A stretch of 64,000 nucleotides of DNA from the NCBI GenBank assembly GCA_009914755.4, contig CP068257.2, forward strand, positions 16,640,001 to 16,704,000. The letters are read 5' to 3'. A program made the position numbers and the translations under genes. The DNA comes from the human T2T-CHM13v2.0 reference genome, Homo sapiens. Below are positions 44,731 through 58,394 of this stretch, piece after piece; position 1 is the stretch's first letter; each line of letters opens with the position of its first letter. The notes beneath the pieces are model-generated. The model was given only the letters and a program-made list of their open reading frames with translations, was not told the DNA's origin and did not search any database.

Positions 44731-46070
44731 GCTTATGTAAATACATATCTATTGATATTTGCATCTCAATGTATTTTGTTCTTTACCTAACAAAATCATG
44801 TCATTTTCTGTATTTCTTCTTTTTAGTGTACTCTAAGATAAATTATAATTTTGTGTAGATCTCAAAGTATTTACTCATTGTTTTTTATTGATCCATGTCA
44901 CTGTTGCTTGTAAGTAAACAGATTGGCTTCTAAAATCAGTCACAAAATCCAGATTAATCGATTGAGCTACCACTTACTTCTACCTAAGTAGCATGCATAA
45001 TATCAGTTGTGCTTCATTTTCAGGGCCAGATGGTAGACCTCTTTATCTGCCATAAAGATTAAGGCAGGCAGCTTTCTGGGATGGTGTCAAAAGCCCTGGT
45101 CAGTTGTGAGTGGAGGAACAAAGATAAACATAACCTAATAGTAACTGGATTTTGTATTAGATAATAGGCCAGATGAAGATGAACTATCCAACCCTACCTC
45201 TTTTCTAGATATTCAAGTGAAATACATCAATTCCATAAATATTTCTCTTCCTATGGAAGAGAAAGAGAGATGTAGGAAGTAGCATATATTCTGTTTTTCT
45301 GACATATTTGCACCTGGAAAGAACCACTGAGTTGCCGGGCAGTTCTATGAGACAATTCATAGTCCAAGTGAAGTATCAAGTTACAAAAAAATTCTCTGCA
45401 GATTGTTGAATGCAAATATATGCAAATACTAGATATATGAATATATATATCCATATTCACATATATCCATATATATACACACACATATATACATATATCC
45501 ATGATGAACATGCCGCTATTTTGTTTGCTCCTGTTGATTATTTTATGGATATACTAAAACACCTAGTGTCGGAGGGTTGGGCACGCCAGCAAATAGCATT
45601 AAATTCCTACACTGTGGTGCTTTACTCTGGTTGTCTCCAATAAGTTAATGATGTTAATTATTTAATTGAATGTTGTTGGCATGCCAACAGCTCTCTTGCC
45701 TGTTTCCTTCTTTGCTCTCTGAAAATGTTCTTGATATGGGAAACATGACAGTCTTCTTTCCTTAGAGGGTCAAGTATCCTACTTTTAACATTTAACATGG
45801 CCCTCTTCAATGAACAAAATTCAACACTCCTTACACATCAGAGAAATCCAAGTAGGTCTGCTTAAAAACTTTTGTGGCTGCCTACTTTGAACGAACTCAG
45901 GTAACGGTACTACAGATGTAAAGGAGGAAAAATCATCTTCATTAAGATGAGGAAGAATAAGTGTCACAGAAGGAAAGCATTAAAATCATGATTTTGGCCT
46001 TGAAATTCTGTACACCTTTGCTGTTTTGCTCCAAAAGTTATGATGCAATGTGTGATTTATGGGCTCCTAC

Positions 46071-46211
46071 CTGGAATCCCCAAGTGATAGCCAGTAGTAA
46101 AGTTTGCTTTAAACCCTCCTCTTGCCAACACATCGTTAGTGATGAGAAGCACAGTCATTCTGTTGGTGGTAGAGAACACATCCTTTACTGGGCCAGGCCC
46201 TGTGTACACAG
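46071..46211 (-). CDS. TMPRSS15: TMPRSS15 coding exon, end of CUB2. Translates to (A)VYTGPGPVKDVFSTTNRMTVLLITNDVLARGGFKANFTTGYHLGIP(E), approx residues 594-641.
   Basis: Reverse-complement translation. Acceptor tttggaacag, donor gtaggagc. The terminal g plus ag of the next exon gives Glu641. Confidence 0.9.
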
Positions 46212-47498
46212 CTGTTCCAAAGGAAAACGAGATAATCAGTGAGATGATCCTTTGGATCTAGAAGGAAATGTACCCCACATCTCAGTTCCCTCTGCCAGAC
46301 GTAGGGCTACATGTTACATGGCTCGCTCATAGAGCAGCCACAAGTAAATGAACACACACATTCTCTTACATTTTGAACACTTCTCAACAAAGCAAACTTC
46401 TCTTTAAATTTTGATATTTCTTGAGGTTTGTGCAACTCTATAATGTAATGATGAATTACTTATAATATATCTGACTTAGTACCACTGCTATTCAAAGCTC
46501 ATGTTATCCCAGACAAATGACTGACTACTTATAAAGACCTTTATAAAACAATGGAGTTTATAGTCACCTTTACTAAATTTTTGACCAAACATATTCAGTA
46601 TTTTTTTGTATGTGGAATCATAAACCTAATCTGAAGGATGGATTATTTGGAGATTGGGAATATTAACTACATGGTGGCTTTTAAACCTTTTGCCCTTAAT
46701 CCCTCAGCTTTGGGGATTTCATAAACAATAAAACATTCTTTACTATATTTCAGCTAATTAAAAAATACATTTATTAAGAAAGTTTTATATGTTGGAAGCC
46801 CTGAAAGTGATTCAGTTTCAAAAGACCTTCCTGCCTACAAATTTTAAAACAATAAATCAGAGATCTTTCTGGAATTCTTATTTACTTTTCAATGATTTGT
46901 TTAACTATTAACAGATGAAATGATACGTTTTAATTTTTTAGATGATGAGAACTCTGAAGTTTTTATTTGAAGAATAATTTGATCTAAAATAGAAAAACTA
47001 TTTAAAATTTTTTATAGGTGTATAAAAGAACCAAATTTCAGATTCCTCAGTTCTTGCCACTCTTCTAGTCCCAACAAAATTTTCTTTATTTGTTCTATGT
47101 GTGGCTCCCAAAATCCTCTCCCAGGAAGCTCACACTCTAGAACTTTGTGAGATTTTGCTGTAGAATTCTACATAAGGGTTGACTGATGAAAAGGTTGGGG
47201 AACCCTCCCCACCACACTGTCCCTTGATGTGCTCTAGAAAATTTTCTCTGGAGTATTCATTGATTAGTTGCAGCATTCATGTGATTGTATCCTGACTGCA
47301 TATCTATTAGATCAGATTTTACAATACATGATGAATACAAGTCCAAAGCACAGTTAGATAAAACACTTTTTTTGTGTGTGGGAGGGCGATAAAACACTTT
47401 TTAGTTGTGCCATGTCATTCATCAAAATTGATCATTTGAGCATCTTTATTTAATGTGTGACTTATCAAGAGACACCTTTTTCTTAAAAATGACCAGTG

Positions 47499-47716
47499 TG
47501 GCCAACATGGTGAAACCCCGTCTCTACTAAAAATACAAAAAATTAGCCGGGCGAGGTGGTGGGCGCCTGTAATCCAATCTACTCTGGAGGCTGAGGCAGG
47601 AGGATCGCTTAAACCAAGGAGATAGAGGTTTCAGTGAGCTGAGATCGCACCACTGCACTCCAGCCTGGGTGACAGAGCGAGGCTCCATCTCAACAACAAC
47701 AGCAACAGCAAAAAAT
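47499..47716 (+). mobile_element. 5'-truncated Alu: the right monomer plus part of the left monomer, with a (CAA)n/A tail.
   Basis: ggccaacatggtgaaaccccgtctctactaaaaatacaaaaaattagccgggcgaggtggtgggcgcctgtaatcc ... ctccatctcaacaacaacagcaacagcaaaaaa. Confidence 0.85.
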
Positions 47717-48194
47717 AGTGGTAGTTAGATAACATATTAGCTATTATGTTTGACTGATAGCTTTTTAGTGTGTCAGCATGTATTCTATTATCTATAGAAT
47801 ACACAAAATTTCCTCTATAATAGTACACTCTGTAATAGCACAAAAATTTCCTCTACAAGAGTACACTCTCCCTAGCCTTATTTTAAAATAATCAATAAAT
47901 AAAAAAGAAAAATAAACTGGTCAATTTTTTGAAGCATTCTCAGGTACCTACACAGAAGCAGCTAGTACTAGAGACACAGCCAAAGTAATAATAAAATGTA
48001 AAGTAAAACTCATTAAAAATTTCGTATAACACAATTTGAATAGTTTGAAGTAAAATAAAAACTGATTTAAGAGCTATCTTTGGACATCCGATGTACACAT
48101 AAAGAGAACTACATAATGGGTGTCCTTAGCTTCTAGTCTCCAATGGGTAGTGCTTGTGGTAGTCAATTAATACCAGCTGGTAGGAACTGATGAC

Positions 48195-48590
48195 TCAAAA
48201 ATATTGTCCAAAATAGTTAAACTCATGGAGATAGAGAGTAGAATGATGGTTACAAGTGGCTGGAAAGGCTACTGGGAGGGGTGGTGGAGTGAGGATGATC
48301 AATGGATACAAAAATATAGTTAGAATGAATAAGATCTAGTATTTGATAGCACAATAGGGTGACCACAACCAATAATAAGTTACTGCATATTTAAAAATAA
48401 CTAAAAGAATATAATTGGGTTGTAACACAAAGACAGGAAAAATGCTTGAGGTGATGGATACAGTATTCACACTGATGTGATTATTATGCATTGTAGGCCT
48501 GTATCAAAATATCTCATGTATCCCATAAATACACACACCTACTATGTACCCATGAAAATTAAGAACAAATTTAAAAAGTAAAAATAATTA
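48195..48590 (+). mobile_element. Older L1 3' UTR/3'-end fragment. It lies about 215 bp from the exon at 48806-48931.
   Basis: gagtagaatgatggttacaagtggctggaaaggctactgggaggggtggtggag...taagatctagtatttgatagcacaatagggtgaccacaaccaataataagttactgcat matches the old-L1 3' end family also seen at 42360-42560. Confidence 0.7.
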
Positions 48591-48805
48591 GTCCTGCTTT
48601 GTGAAGAACGTTCAAGAAAAATATTACGTTGTCACTATTTTAAATATACCCTATATTGTAAGTTCCACATAAACTCATGTCACTTTACTATTGTATTTTC
48701 ATTTTGCAAGTTGTAAAAGAGTGATTACATTAATTAAGAAACGCTTTCCATCAGCACAACATCTTGAGCTTTACAACCTTTACAATATTCAGATTGCAGA
48801 CTTAC

Positions 48806-48931
48806 CTAAGAGCAAGGAATCAGCTTCTTCACCATCTCTTATTTCAACTACATCGTTAATATTTTCTAAGTCAAATTCTTGAAAATGAAGTTGTATATTC
48901 TTTCCTTTTTGTGCATTTAAAATCCAAACAC
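48806..48931 (-). CDS. TMPRSS15: TMPRSS15 coding exon, CUB2. Translates to (C)VWILNAQKGKNIQLHFQEFDLENINDVVEIRDGEEADSLLL(A), approx residues 552-594.
   Basis: Reverse-complement translation of + strand 48806-48931. Acceptor ctttttag, donor gtaagtctgc. The residues on either side join contiguously to the neighbouring exons. Confidence 0.9.
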
Positions 48932-50426
48932 CTAAAAAGTAAGAAGTAACATTTAATTTGGAACACACTTGGTGATTTCTCTTAAAAGCTTCACTCTCTT
49001 GAGAATTTCAAATAACTTAAAAAAAAATCAATTTTTTTTCCACTTCATGAAAATCAGTGTTTCAAGGTGTTTCTTTTTTCTTTTCATTATTTTTTTTTTG
49101 TAAGAAAATATATTGGTTTAGTCAATTATATTTATAGTAACATTTCAATTAAATTTGAAATTAGTATAATTGATATTTTTATGAAATGGAATACTTTAAT
49201 CAAAGTTTACAAATATTATTTTACCTCTACAATATAACATTTATGAATATCAAAGGATACTAAAATTATAGTTTCATTTATTTAATTTTCCATGATCAAA
49301 TTTAGAAGAAAATTAGGTAATTAAAATCCACTTTATAGGACAAGTAAGCTTTAATATTTATTTTAAAATTTTTGCATTTATTTACATTTAGTTCATTAAA
49401 AAAACAAAATAAAACAAGACTACCAGCATCAATAAACACTTCTTGTTTTTATTGATTTCGTAAATAATTCAACCTTCAGATTTTTTTCTAGGCTATTCTT
49501 CTCTCATTCTGTATTAGTTTTCTCATTCACTCTTAAGAAATATAATTATATTTATATAGTAAAATTTCTGTCTTTATTTTCTGCTCTTTTCTCAGATGCA
49601 GGCAAATTTATTGACTTATTTACTGTATATGGCTGTACATATTTCAAATCCAACATGTTCTAAAGAAAAAGCAGAATTATCTCTTTTGCAAACTCATTTA
49701 TCTTATTCTTCCTATCTCAGTGGCACTACTAATCATCCACTCATAGTTCTCTATGCTTGAAACCTCAGCACCTTCCTTGACCTCCTTTCTCCTACCACAT
49801 CCGATCAATCACCTAAGCCTGTTATTACTACCTCCAACATCCTTTGAACCCCATTTACTTCTCAACGTCCCTTGCCACCACAACAGGAGTTCAAATCACT
49901 ATAGTTTCTCATCTCCTAATTGGCGATGCTGATGATTCTCATCCCTTACCATCGATCTCTGATCTAAAATGCAAGCTCGTTTTTATCGCCATTTTCCTGT
50001 AAACCATTCAAAGACTCCCCAGTGCTCTCAGAATAAATTCAAACTTCATAACATGGTGTAAAATTCTTTCACACTTCTAATTTTACCCATTACCATTATT
50101 TAATTTTTCTTGGAGATTCAAGAAACAGTTGTCTCCTACTTTGGTATGTCAAGGACTCTCCACAGAGTCCTGCCTTTACCCTTATTATAACAGTATTTTG
50201 GACATTTTGTGCCTGACAACATATCTGAGTCACCATCTATACTGTGCTACATTTGTGTCTTCTTTACTTACTTCAGATTAAGGAAATAAAGTATTGAATA
50301 CACATTCGTCAAATAAACAAACATTTTTAAATTTAATAAATTTCTCCAAATTGTTTAAATGTTCCACTTCTTGTTGGATTTTTCAGATTATCACTTTGTT
50401 CAAATGATGTTTAAAAGATGTCTTCA

Positions 50427-50785
<359 letters not shown>

Positions 50786-51721
50786 TTAGTTGCTGTTTAT
50801 TTTTTGGGGATGAGGTATTTGTCTACAATATTGGCCCTATATGCACCTATGAAAGTGATGCTCTCTTATCTCTTGATCATCTGAAGGAGCAAGGTTGGCT
50901 TTTTCTGAAGACACATTTTTCCCACCACTGAGGCATTTCTTTCATTGACAGAATTTTCCATTTAGCTTACTGGCCTTAACAAGGCACGACCATGGAAAGA
51001 TGTTTGTTACCCAGTCCAGACTCCTGAAGTGGAACCTTTGTAGGATGGGCTAGGGAATCTGCATCTCCAACACAATCTTTATGTATCTTTATATGAGTTT
51101 ATCTATTTAGGAACATTGATGTAGAGGTAGTCTTTATGCAGTTTTAGCAAACTATTTTCTCTAGACAAATTTTTTAGTGATCTTTCTTATAATTTTATTT
51201 TTTATACTGGAAATAATTACATTACTGTAGCTATCTGCTTTATTGGCTCTAGTGTATATTTGCAAAAAGTGTGAATGCTACAACTGGTTCTTTACTTTTT
51301 AATACTTTCCATTGTCTTTGTCCTATGAAATTGCAAACTTGTTAAACACACTATAGACATTATATGCACAAACAAGGAGAGTGATTTAGAAAGCGGTGTC
51401 TGGAGTAACACTGGTTCTCTCACTGTTGTTATTCAACTTCTAAATTTGGAATTATAATAATGACACCTGCTTCAAGAAGTTCTTGTGGGAAATGAATGAA
51501 ATAATGTATATTGGGCATTAACACAGTGCCTGGCATGAAACAAATGCTATATATATTTAGCAATTATTGTTATTTTTGTTGTTATATTAAGCAATCTTAT
51601 AGGTAGACATGATAGGTGTACCCATGTTTGACAAATTTATAATCTACTTTGCTGCGTCAAGGGGAGATCTACATTTCATATGGACATTTGTTTCTGATGA
51701 CCTGGAAAAGAAATGACTCAC

Positions 51722-51811
51722 AGAAAGCCAGATTAGGGTAGCTGTTTGGAAAGTTCGTAGAACTGAATGTTGTATTTGGCTCCCACAGCTCAAAAGGTCC
51801 TCCACAGTCCG
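51722..51811 (-). CDS. TMPRSS15: TMPRSS15 coding exon, start of CUB2. Translates to (T)DCGGPFELWEPNTTFSSTNFPNSYPNLAF(C), approx residues 522-552.
   Basis: Provided ORF 51644..51838(-) covers it. Acceptor ccttttcag, donor gtgagtcatt. The terminal t joins gt of the next exon to give Cys. Confidence 0.9.
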
Positions 51812-51993
51812 CTGAAAAGGAAAGCAATGGGAAATCATCAGTAATACAATGTTTATTTCAGAGAGATAATACCATATGCCAGCGAATTTTCAATTACATT
51901 TCTTAGAATACAAATTTTGGCAAGTAAATTTTAGAGTCATGTTAGGGTAAATGCTGCAGTTTAAGTAAAGGAAAAATACAGTTAAGTAGATAA

Positions 51994-52912
51994 GAGCTCT
52001 AATGATCAGTGATGTTGAGCTTTTTTTCATGTGATTGTTGGCCGCATGTATGTCACCTTTTGAAAAGTGTTCATGTCCTTTGCCCACTTTTTTGTGGGGT
52101 TGTTTATTCTTTTTCTTATAAATTTAAGTTCTTTATAGAAGCTGGATATTGGATCTTTGTCAGATGCATAATTTGCAAAAGGTACCATCTGACACCAGTC
52201 AGAATGGCTATTAGTAAAAAGTCAAAAAATAACAGATATTGGACAGTTTGTGGGAAAAAATGAACACTTATAGACTGTTGGTGGGAACGTAAATTAGTTA
52301 AACTATGTGGAAGACAGTGTGGTAATTTCTCAAAGACCTAAAGACAGAAATACAATTTGACCCAGCAATTCCGCTACTCGGTATATACCCAAAGGAATAT
52401 AAATCATTCTATTATAAAGACACATGCACACGTTTTTTCATTGCAGCGCTATTCAAAATAGGAAAGACATTGAATCAACCTAAATGTCCATCAATGATAG
52501 ACTGACTAAAGAAAAGGTGGTACATATATACCATAGAATACTATGCAGTAACAAAAAATAATAAGATCATGACATTTGCAGGGACATGGATGGAGCTGGA
52601 GACCATTAACCTTAGCAAACTAACACAAGAACAGAAAATCAAATTCTGTATGTTCTCACTTATAAGTGAAAGCTAAATGATGAGAGCACATGGACACACA
52701 GAGGGAAACAACACACACTGGGGCCTTTCGGAGGGTGGAGAGTGGTAGGAGGGAGGGGAATCAGGAAAAACCACTTGTGAGTACTAGGCTTAATAGCTGG
52801 GTGATAAAATAATCTGTACAACCAACCTCCATGACACGAGTTTACCTGTGTAACAAACCTGCACTTGTTCCCCTGAACGTAAAAGTAAAAAAGAAAATTG
52901 GAAAAAAAAATA
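51994..52912 (+). mobile_element. L1 (L1PA/PB-like) 3' portion with a 5' inversion. The inverted segment lies at 51994-52178 (L1 ORF2 ~4900-5090). The sense segment lies at 52179-52912 and runs to the poly-A at 52895-52912. About 20 nt are missing at the junction. TSD tagataaga.
   Basis: ORF 51890..52087(-) reads HFSKGDIHAANNHMKKSSTSLIIRA, which is the ORF2 segment just upstream of [14 protein letters not shown]. That second peptide is read on the + strand from 52180 (ORF 52009..52263). It is followed by the L1 ORF2 C-terminus and 3' UTR and a poly-A. tagataaga is present at 51985-51993 and 52911-52919. Confidence 0.85.
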
Positions 52913-55900
52913 GATAAGAACTTCTCAAAATTTCTTTAGCATTCTTATGGCCTTTGTGAATCTTCAAGAAAGCAAGATAGTGCACAGCACTTCCCTAAAA
53001 TTATTTGTACAAAGGAAATTTTTTTGTCAAATATCTTTTATAAATAGGTTTCATAAACTAAGATATAAAATCCCTACTGTAGAAAATGTTTACTTAAAAT
53101 AAAACAAATTCAATATTTACCACTCTCTAACAAGAAAGGCTAGTAAATCATTTAATTCTGCAATTCTTGATTTTCCTTTTTTTTTCATTTTATTTATTTA
53201 TTTTTTGGTAGTCTTAAGGGGAAGCTTCACTATTCTGCACATGGATAGTAAGGAAAGCGAGACAAAATGAAACTTCATTTGCTTAATAAATGCTTAATCA
53301 ATGCCCCGATCTGGTAGCCAACATTGCGCAGAAGCCAGGTTGAGACGGGTAATGATTAAGGCAAATTTATTAAAACAACAGAGCAGAGGTCTTCCAGCTC
53401 AGAGTCTGACACTTTAAGTAGGTAGATTAACTTTATAAAATTCTTAACATACTTTGTTGTTTCATTTATTAGAAACAAATTCTAAAGTAATGTAAAAAAT
53501 CATCAACTATTTTAAGCATTCTAATTGTATCTAATTCTTGTTACCATTATTATGTTTTAAAACAAGACCAAAAGAAGAAAAGTAATCTCATTTGAAGAAT
53601 GCAGAAAACTGGAATAAATATATTCTTTTCTATTATGAAAGGCATATAATACTGAGATTATTTACCCCCAATAAACTAGAAATCAGATTTTGGGAGGGAT
53701 AATTAAGTGTCTCTACATCTATGACAGTGTTGATAGCCATACCCTCTTCCTTAATCTCTCTTTCATATATGTTCTGCCTTATTTATGTAAGTCACTTGAA
53801 ATTCATGTGCATCTTCAAAGTTTATATGTAACACACTGCTTAGATTTGGGTTTCATGATGCATATGATGGGACAGGAAGGCAATTACTCTGACTCAGTGT
53901 TGGGATCTTTGCCAACCTGTCCTGTTCTGTAAAGAGATAGGGCATGGTCCTGTTCTTCATGCCTTTCAGGGCCAGGTTTGTCTAGACCCAGATGAACTTA
54001 TCAAAATAATAAAATGTTTTACCAAATCTTGCAAAGTGCTTCCATGCATGTTATCTCATATGGGGAGAGAACGCAATGTATAAGAGGAGGATTTGTTGGA
54101 GCTGGTGGATGAAAATTGTGGCTCTGAGTTAGTTGTCTTGGAGACAACTAGATATATATTAAGGATTTTTTGGATTGTTGTAAAATTAGACATAATTTAA
54201 GAAATGTTCCTTTGCATTACCTGCCATACTTAGTACTGGTTTTCAAGGCAATCTTGTGGATTGGGTAATTACTATTATTACTTCAGTTTTACATGGAAAA
54301 TCTGAGAATTACAGATATTCACTTGCTTTTTAATGCCATACACAGCCACCTAGTGTCAAAGTCAAGACCTCATCATGGTTAATCTCGAGCTCATCCCACA
54401 GTAATTTACTGTCTCCTATTGGGTTGATTAAACTTTGGATAATTTCCACCATCTGGTTCACACTGCCATAGGCAGGGTTTAAATTGAGTCTCTATAATTG
54501 GCACTTGATACGTACATAACAAAAAAAGGAGGGCAGTGGATGAAAGCACTGACAAGTAAGGTCAAGGATGGCTAAACCTAGAAGGAAGAAGAGAGTGTAC
54601 ATGGGGTGCCGAGGAAGGCATGTGAACCAAAGAAGGAACAACAATGGAGAACAAGGGCAAGTTCTCAACAGGAAATCATGACTAATTTACAAAGATTTCA
54701 GAAGAAGGGTCTACCACAATCCTATAACCTCTACATACACATGGCACATTTAATTTCAATAATTCTACATTGCTATGAAATACTTCTTTTAAACCTTAAT
54801 GAGACCAGTGAAGGAGGGAATGTCTAACTAACTTCAGGGACAAATATTACACTCAGATATAAGACTGGGAAAAATTAACTTCCTATTTCACAAATTTAGC
54901 AGTGGCCAATACTGGGTTTTTAAAAAAATCTTTTTGTGTTTTTGTTTTTTACCATTATTCTTATTTTATCCTCAAGTAACAGGAAAAATGTAAAACCTTA
55001 TATTCCTGATAGAGTAAATAGCTGAGATTTGGAAAATGCATTGGATTTTGACATAATTGAACACTTAGTGTGCTATACTTAAAGATGAGTAGGTAGGATG
55101 TTAATGAGCACATAACAAGAACTCCAACGTTGTCAAGTGTAATAGTTAAGCCTGTCAAGGCAGGCAGTTTACTTAGGATTTCGCCACTAAACACAAGTCT
55201 TGGAAAATGCATCCCTTTAAAATACTTAAGTACTTTTTGAAATGCATTTAAATCATAATTATCAAATAACTGACCAATAAGACATCTCTGATCCCTGGCC
55301 TGATAAAATAGATCAGTTACTCTCTGCATATAAATGACTGTAAAGAATTGGTAAAAACACTTTAAGTCATTCTAAATATGACACAATTTATTTTAATGGT
55401 GATGTTGTTCTAGCAGAGATGTGGCATGTGCTTCTAATAGAGAAACAAAAGATTCATGAAATGTAATTCCAAATATCACAGTCATGCTGTGCCATTAGGT
55501 AAAACATCCTCAGCCAGGGAATGAGAGTAAAATAGCCTGTCTGGTATAGGGAATTATATTCATTTATAGTGTTAAATTCCTTTTTTTTTTTTTTCTGGGA
55601 GCTGTTCTCTCAAACACTTGTGTTCTGATTAATTTCTTACTATGCCAATAGGGATTTCCACTGCATATACTATGTAAATAACATGCAGTATTTGGCAAAG
55701 TGGTTGCCAAGGATAGATATTTTCCTTGATGCATGTCATTTTTTACTCCATGCTTAAGCTTCTGATGTCCGTGAAATGTGTGTTAATGCAGAGGTGTTTA
55801 CTGAGGGGTGGAAAAGAGAAGAGCCTAGCTTTCATCTACAATAAGAGGGTTTTAATTAAAGATATTTATGGCAAAACAAGAAATGAGAATATGGGAAAAA

Positions 55901-56297
55901 TAGATTTTTGATTGATACTTTATGTGATAGAATTAATAGATGTAGCTTGAGAAATAATACCTCCTATTGATCGATGTTTGAATATATAAAAAGTGGCTAA
56001 TTTTCAAAATTGGCTATTGTTTTTCATCATTATTGTAATAGATACACAAATCTTTTGGTATCACAAATAGCATTTTAAAAGTTTAGGTTGTAATTTAAAG
56101 TAAAATGTTCCATAAAATTTTGTGTTCATTTGATCAAAATTTATGTTTTCATTAACAAGTTATAGTGATCATTCCTGATATAAATATTTTTATTAAATGT
56201 GTAACAATAAAGTTCAGATTTTTATTCTCTGTACTCTAAATTTGGTTATCAATAAAAATCCAGACAATGAGAGCTCAAAAACGTAGGCTATTAGTTT

Positions 56298-56476
56298 GCT
56301 TTGTTTTGTCTTGTTTTGAGATTGAGTCTTACTCTGTTGCCCAGACTGGAGTGCTGTGGCTATTCACAAGCATGATCGTAGTGCACCCGAGCCTTGAACT
56401 CCTGGCTTCAAAGCATCATCCTGCCTCAGGCTTCCGAGTAGCTTGGACAACAGGTATGTGCCACTGTGCCTGGCTC
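56298..56476 (-). mobile_element. Alu-related monomeric SINE, diverged and FRAM-like (right-monomer type), minus orientation. Perfect 13-bp TSD aggctattagttt.
   Basis: Reverse complement reads gccaggcacagtggcacatacctgttgtccaagctactcggaagcctgaggcagga...cactccagtctgggcaacagagtaagactcaatctc. The direct repeats are at 56285-56297 and 56477-56489. Confidence 0.6.
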
Positions 56477-56694
56477 AGGCTATTAGTTTTAGAGGTAAAA
56501 TAATTAAATCAAAATAGAACAACCCAAAACACACTGATACAACTAAGCAAGCAGTTCTGCTGAATATGGCCATCAATTTCAAGAGAGGTAGAGAGGTAGA
56601 CAGGTACTGATTGATTCATATCTACATGAAGAACTAAAGTTAGATTATTTAGCTCTAAGTATTAGGTCACATCTACAAAACTTTCCAAATTAAC

Positions 56695-56834
56695 TTTTTT
56701 TTCTTTCTTTTCCCCAGAGAGACAGGGTTTCGCCATGTTGGCGAGGCTGGTCTTGAATTATTGGCCTCAAGTGACCTGCCCCCCTCAGCCTCCCAAAGTG
56801 CTGGGATTACAGGTGTGAGGTACTGCACCCGGCC
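56695..56834 (-). mobile_element. Free left Alu monomer (FLAM-like), minus orientation, with T-rich tail. TSD ccaaatta[ac]c.
   Basis: Reverse complement reads ggccgggtgcagtacctcacacctgtaatcccagcactttgggaggctgagg...gccaacatggcgaaaccctgtctctctgggg then an A-rich run. The element is only about 140 bp and ends at the TSD. Confidence 0.65.
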
Positions 56835-58334
56835 ATGCCAAATTACCTTTAATTTACATTTGGAAGTAGAAAATGGCTTTAAAAATGGTGAAATAAAGAA
56901 AAACTGTGGAAATAAAGAGTGAATATTGAAATATCTAATACTATAGCTAGGTGTTTTGTTTTTGTTTTTCTTTTTAATTAGTTTTAAAAGCCCCAGAAAT
57001 AAGCCAGGGGCCTGAAATGTGGATTTTGTTTTGTATACACCTATTTCTATTCAGTAGGTATCTTGTCATGAATCATCAAAATTGTTTTAAATTGGCTTGA
57101 TCATCACGTAATGGAATGTTTATTCTCTTAAAGTGTACTCAGTGCAATCCCCACATTTAAATTCATTTGTACCAACATCACAGAGCAACAATTGTAGAAT
57201 CGATGCAGCAGAAAGTTATTAAAGTCATGAAATGGAATAATCTCTGTGGTTATGAAAGCCGAACTTACATTTCCTCAGACTAGGCACAATGTGGGTTCCC
57301 AGGAAAGAGGGAGGAAACTGAGCGTTATTACTCAGTCACTGATCTGGGACTGTTTTCTTCTTTAAGTGCTCTATACGAACCCAAAGAAAGGCTATTAGCC
57401 AGTCAGCCATGGTTTCCTTTTATTACTGCTTAAACAAGTCATTGATCTGGAACCAAAAAAGCTCTACTCAAATAAGAATTTCACTGAACCAATTGCAAAT
57501 GGCATTAGAATGAAATTTTTCAGAATACATTTGATGGTAATTAATGTTTTCTGCTGTGAAAAATATTGTCTTGAAGTGAACCATTTGGAAACTGGAACAA
57601 ATAGACTCCGGGCAGATTCTAAAGTTTATATTTTCAAATCAGATGGGTTATTCTTTCATTATAATTTCCCTATTGTTAAAATAGACAGGGACACCAAGCT
57701 TGACATAAAGGTGCTATCTTTTTCTCTTTCTGATTGGAATATAAATATGAAGACTATAAGGGTCATATAGATACATTTTTAACTTAAGAAATCATATTTA
57801 AAATTTTGTTTCTATGTATGATATGATGTAAAAAAGTTACCTCAAATTTTCTATTTTAGGTAATGGTGAGATGGTGCTACATTTTAAATATCAGGTCTAA
57901 GAAACTATATTACTTCCTCCTAGAAAATTTTTCTTCTTTATTATTTATGAATAAATAGGGGAACAAACTAGCAAAAAGAATTATCAAGAAAATCTATCAT
58001 GTTAAATGATTGAAATATCAAAATAGCAAAATGTTGCTGATATTTGGTATCTGTAGGAATAATTACTATTTATCAAGCAAGCCATGATTTTAATGATGCT
58101 GAATGTTGTTCTTGCAAAAAAACTCTTCCATATAATAAATAGGTAGGGTGTGGGTCACCTACACAAAATGAAGTGAGGCAATTATTTTTAAACAATGCCC
58201 CAAATCCAAAATTACTGCATTTATGTGGGTATTTTTTCCTACACCCATCCCTACCATCATTTCCAAACTTTAGTTTTGGTACCAAAATTTTGTTTAACAA
58301 AAGTTTCATGTCACCAAAATAAGAGTATATCCAA

Positions 58335-58394
58335 AAGAGAGAGAGACAGAGACAGACAGAGAGAGAGATAAAGAGAGAGAGAGAGAGAGAGAGG
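58335..58394. repeat. (GA)n microsatellite with GACA variant units.
   Basis: agagagagagacagagacagacagagagagagataaagagagagagagagagagagag. Confidence 0.9.
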
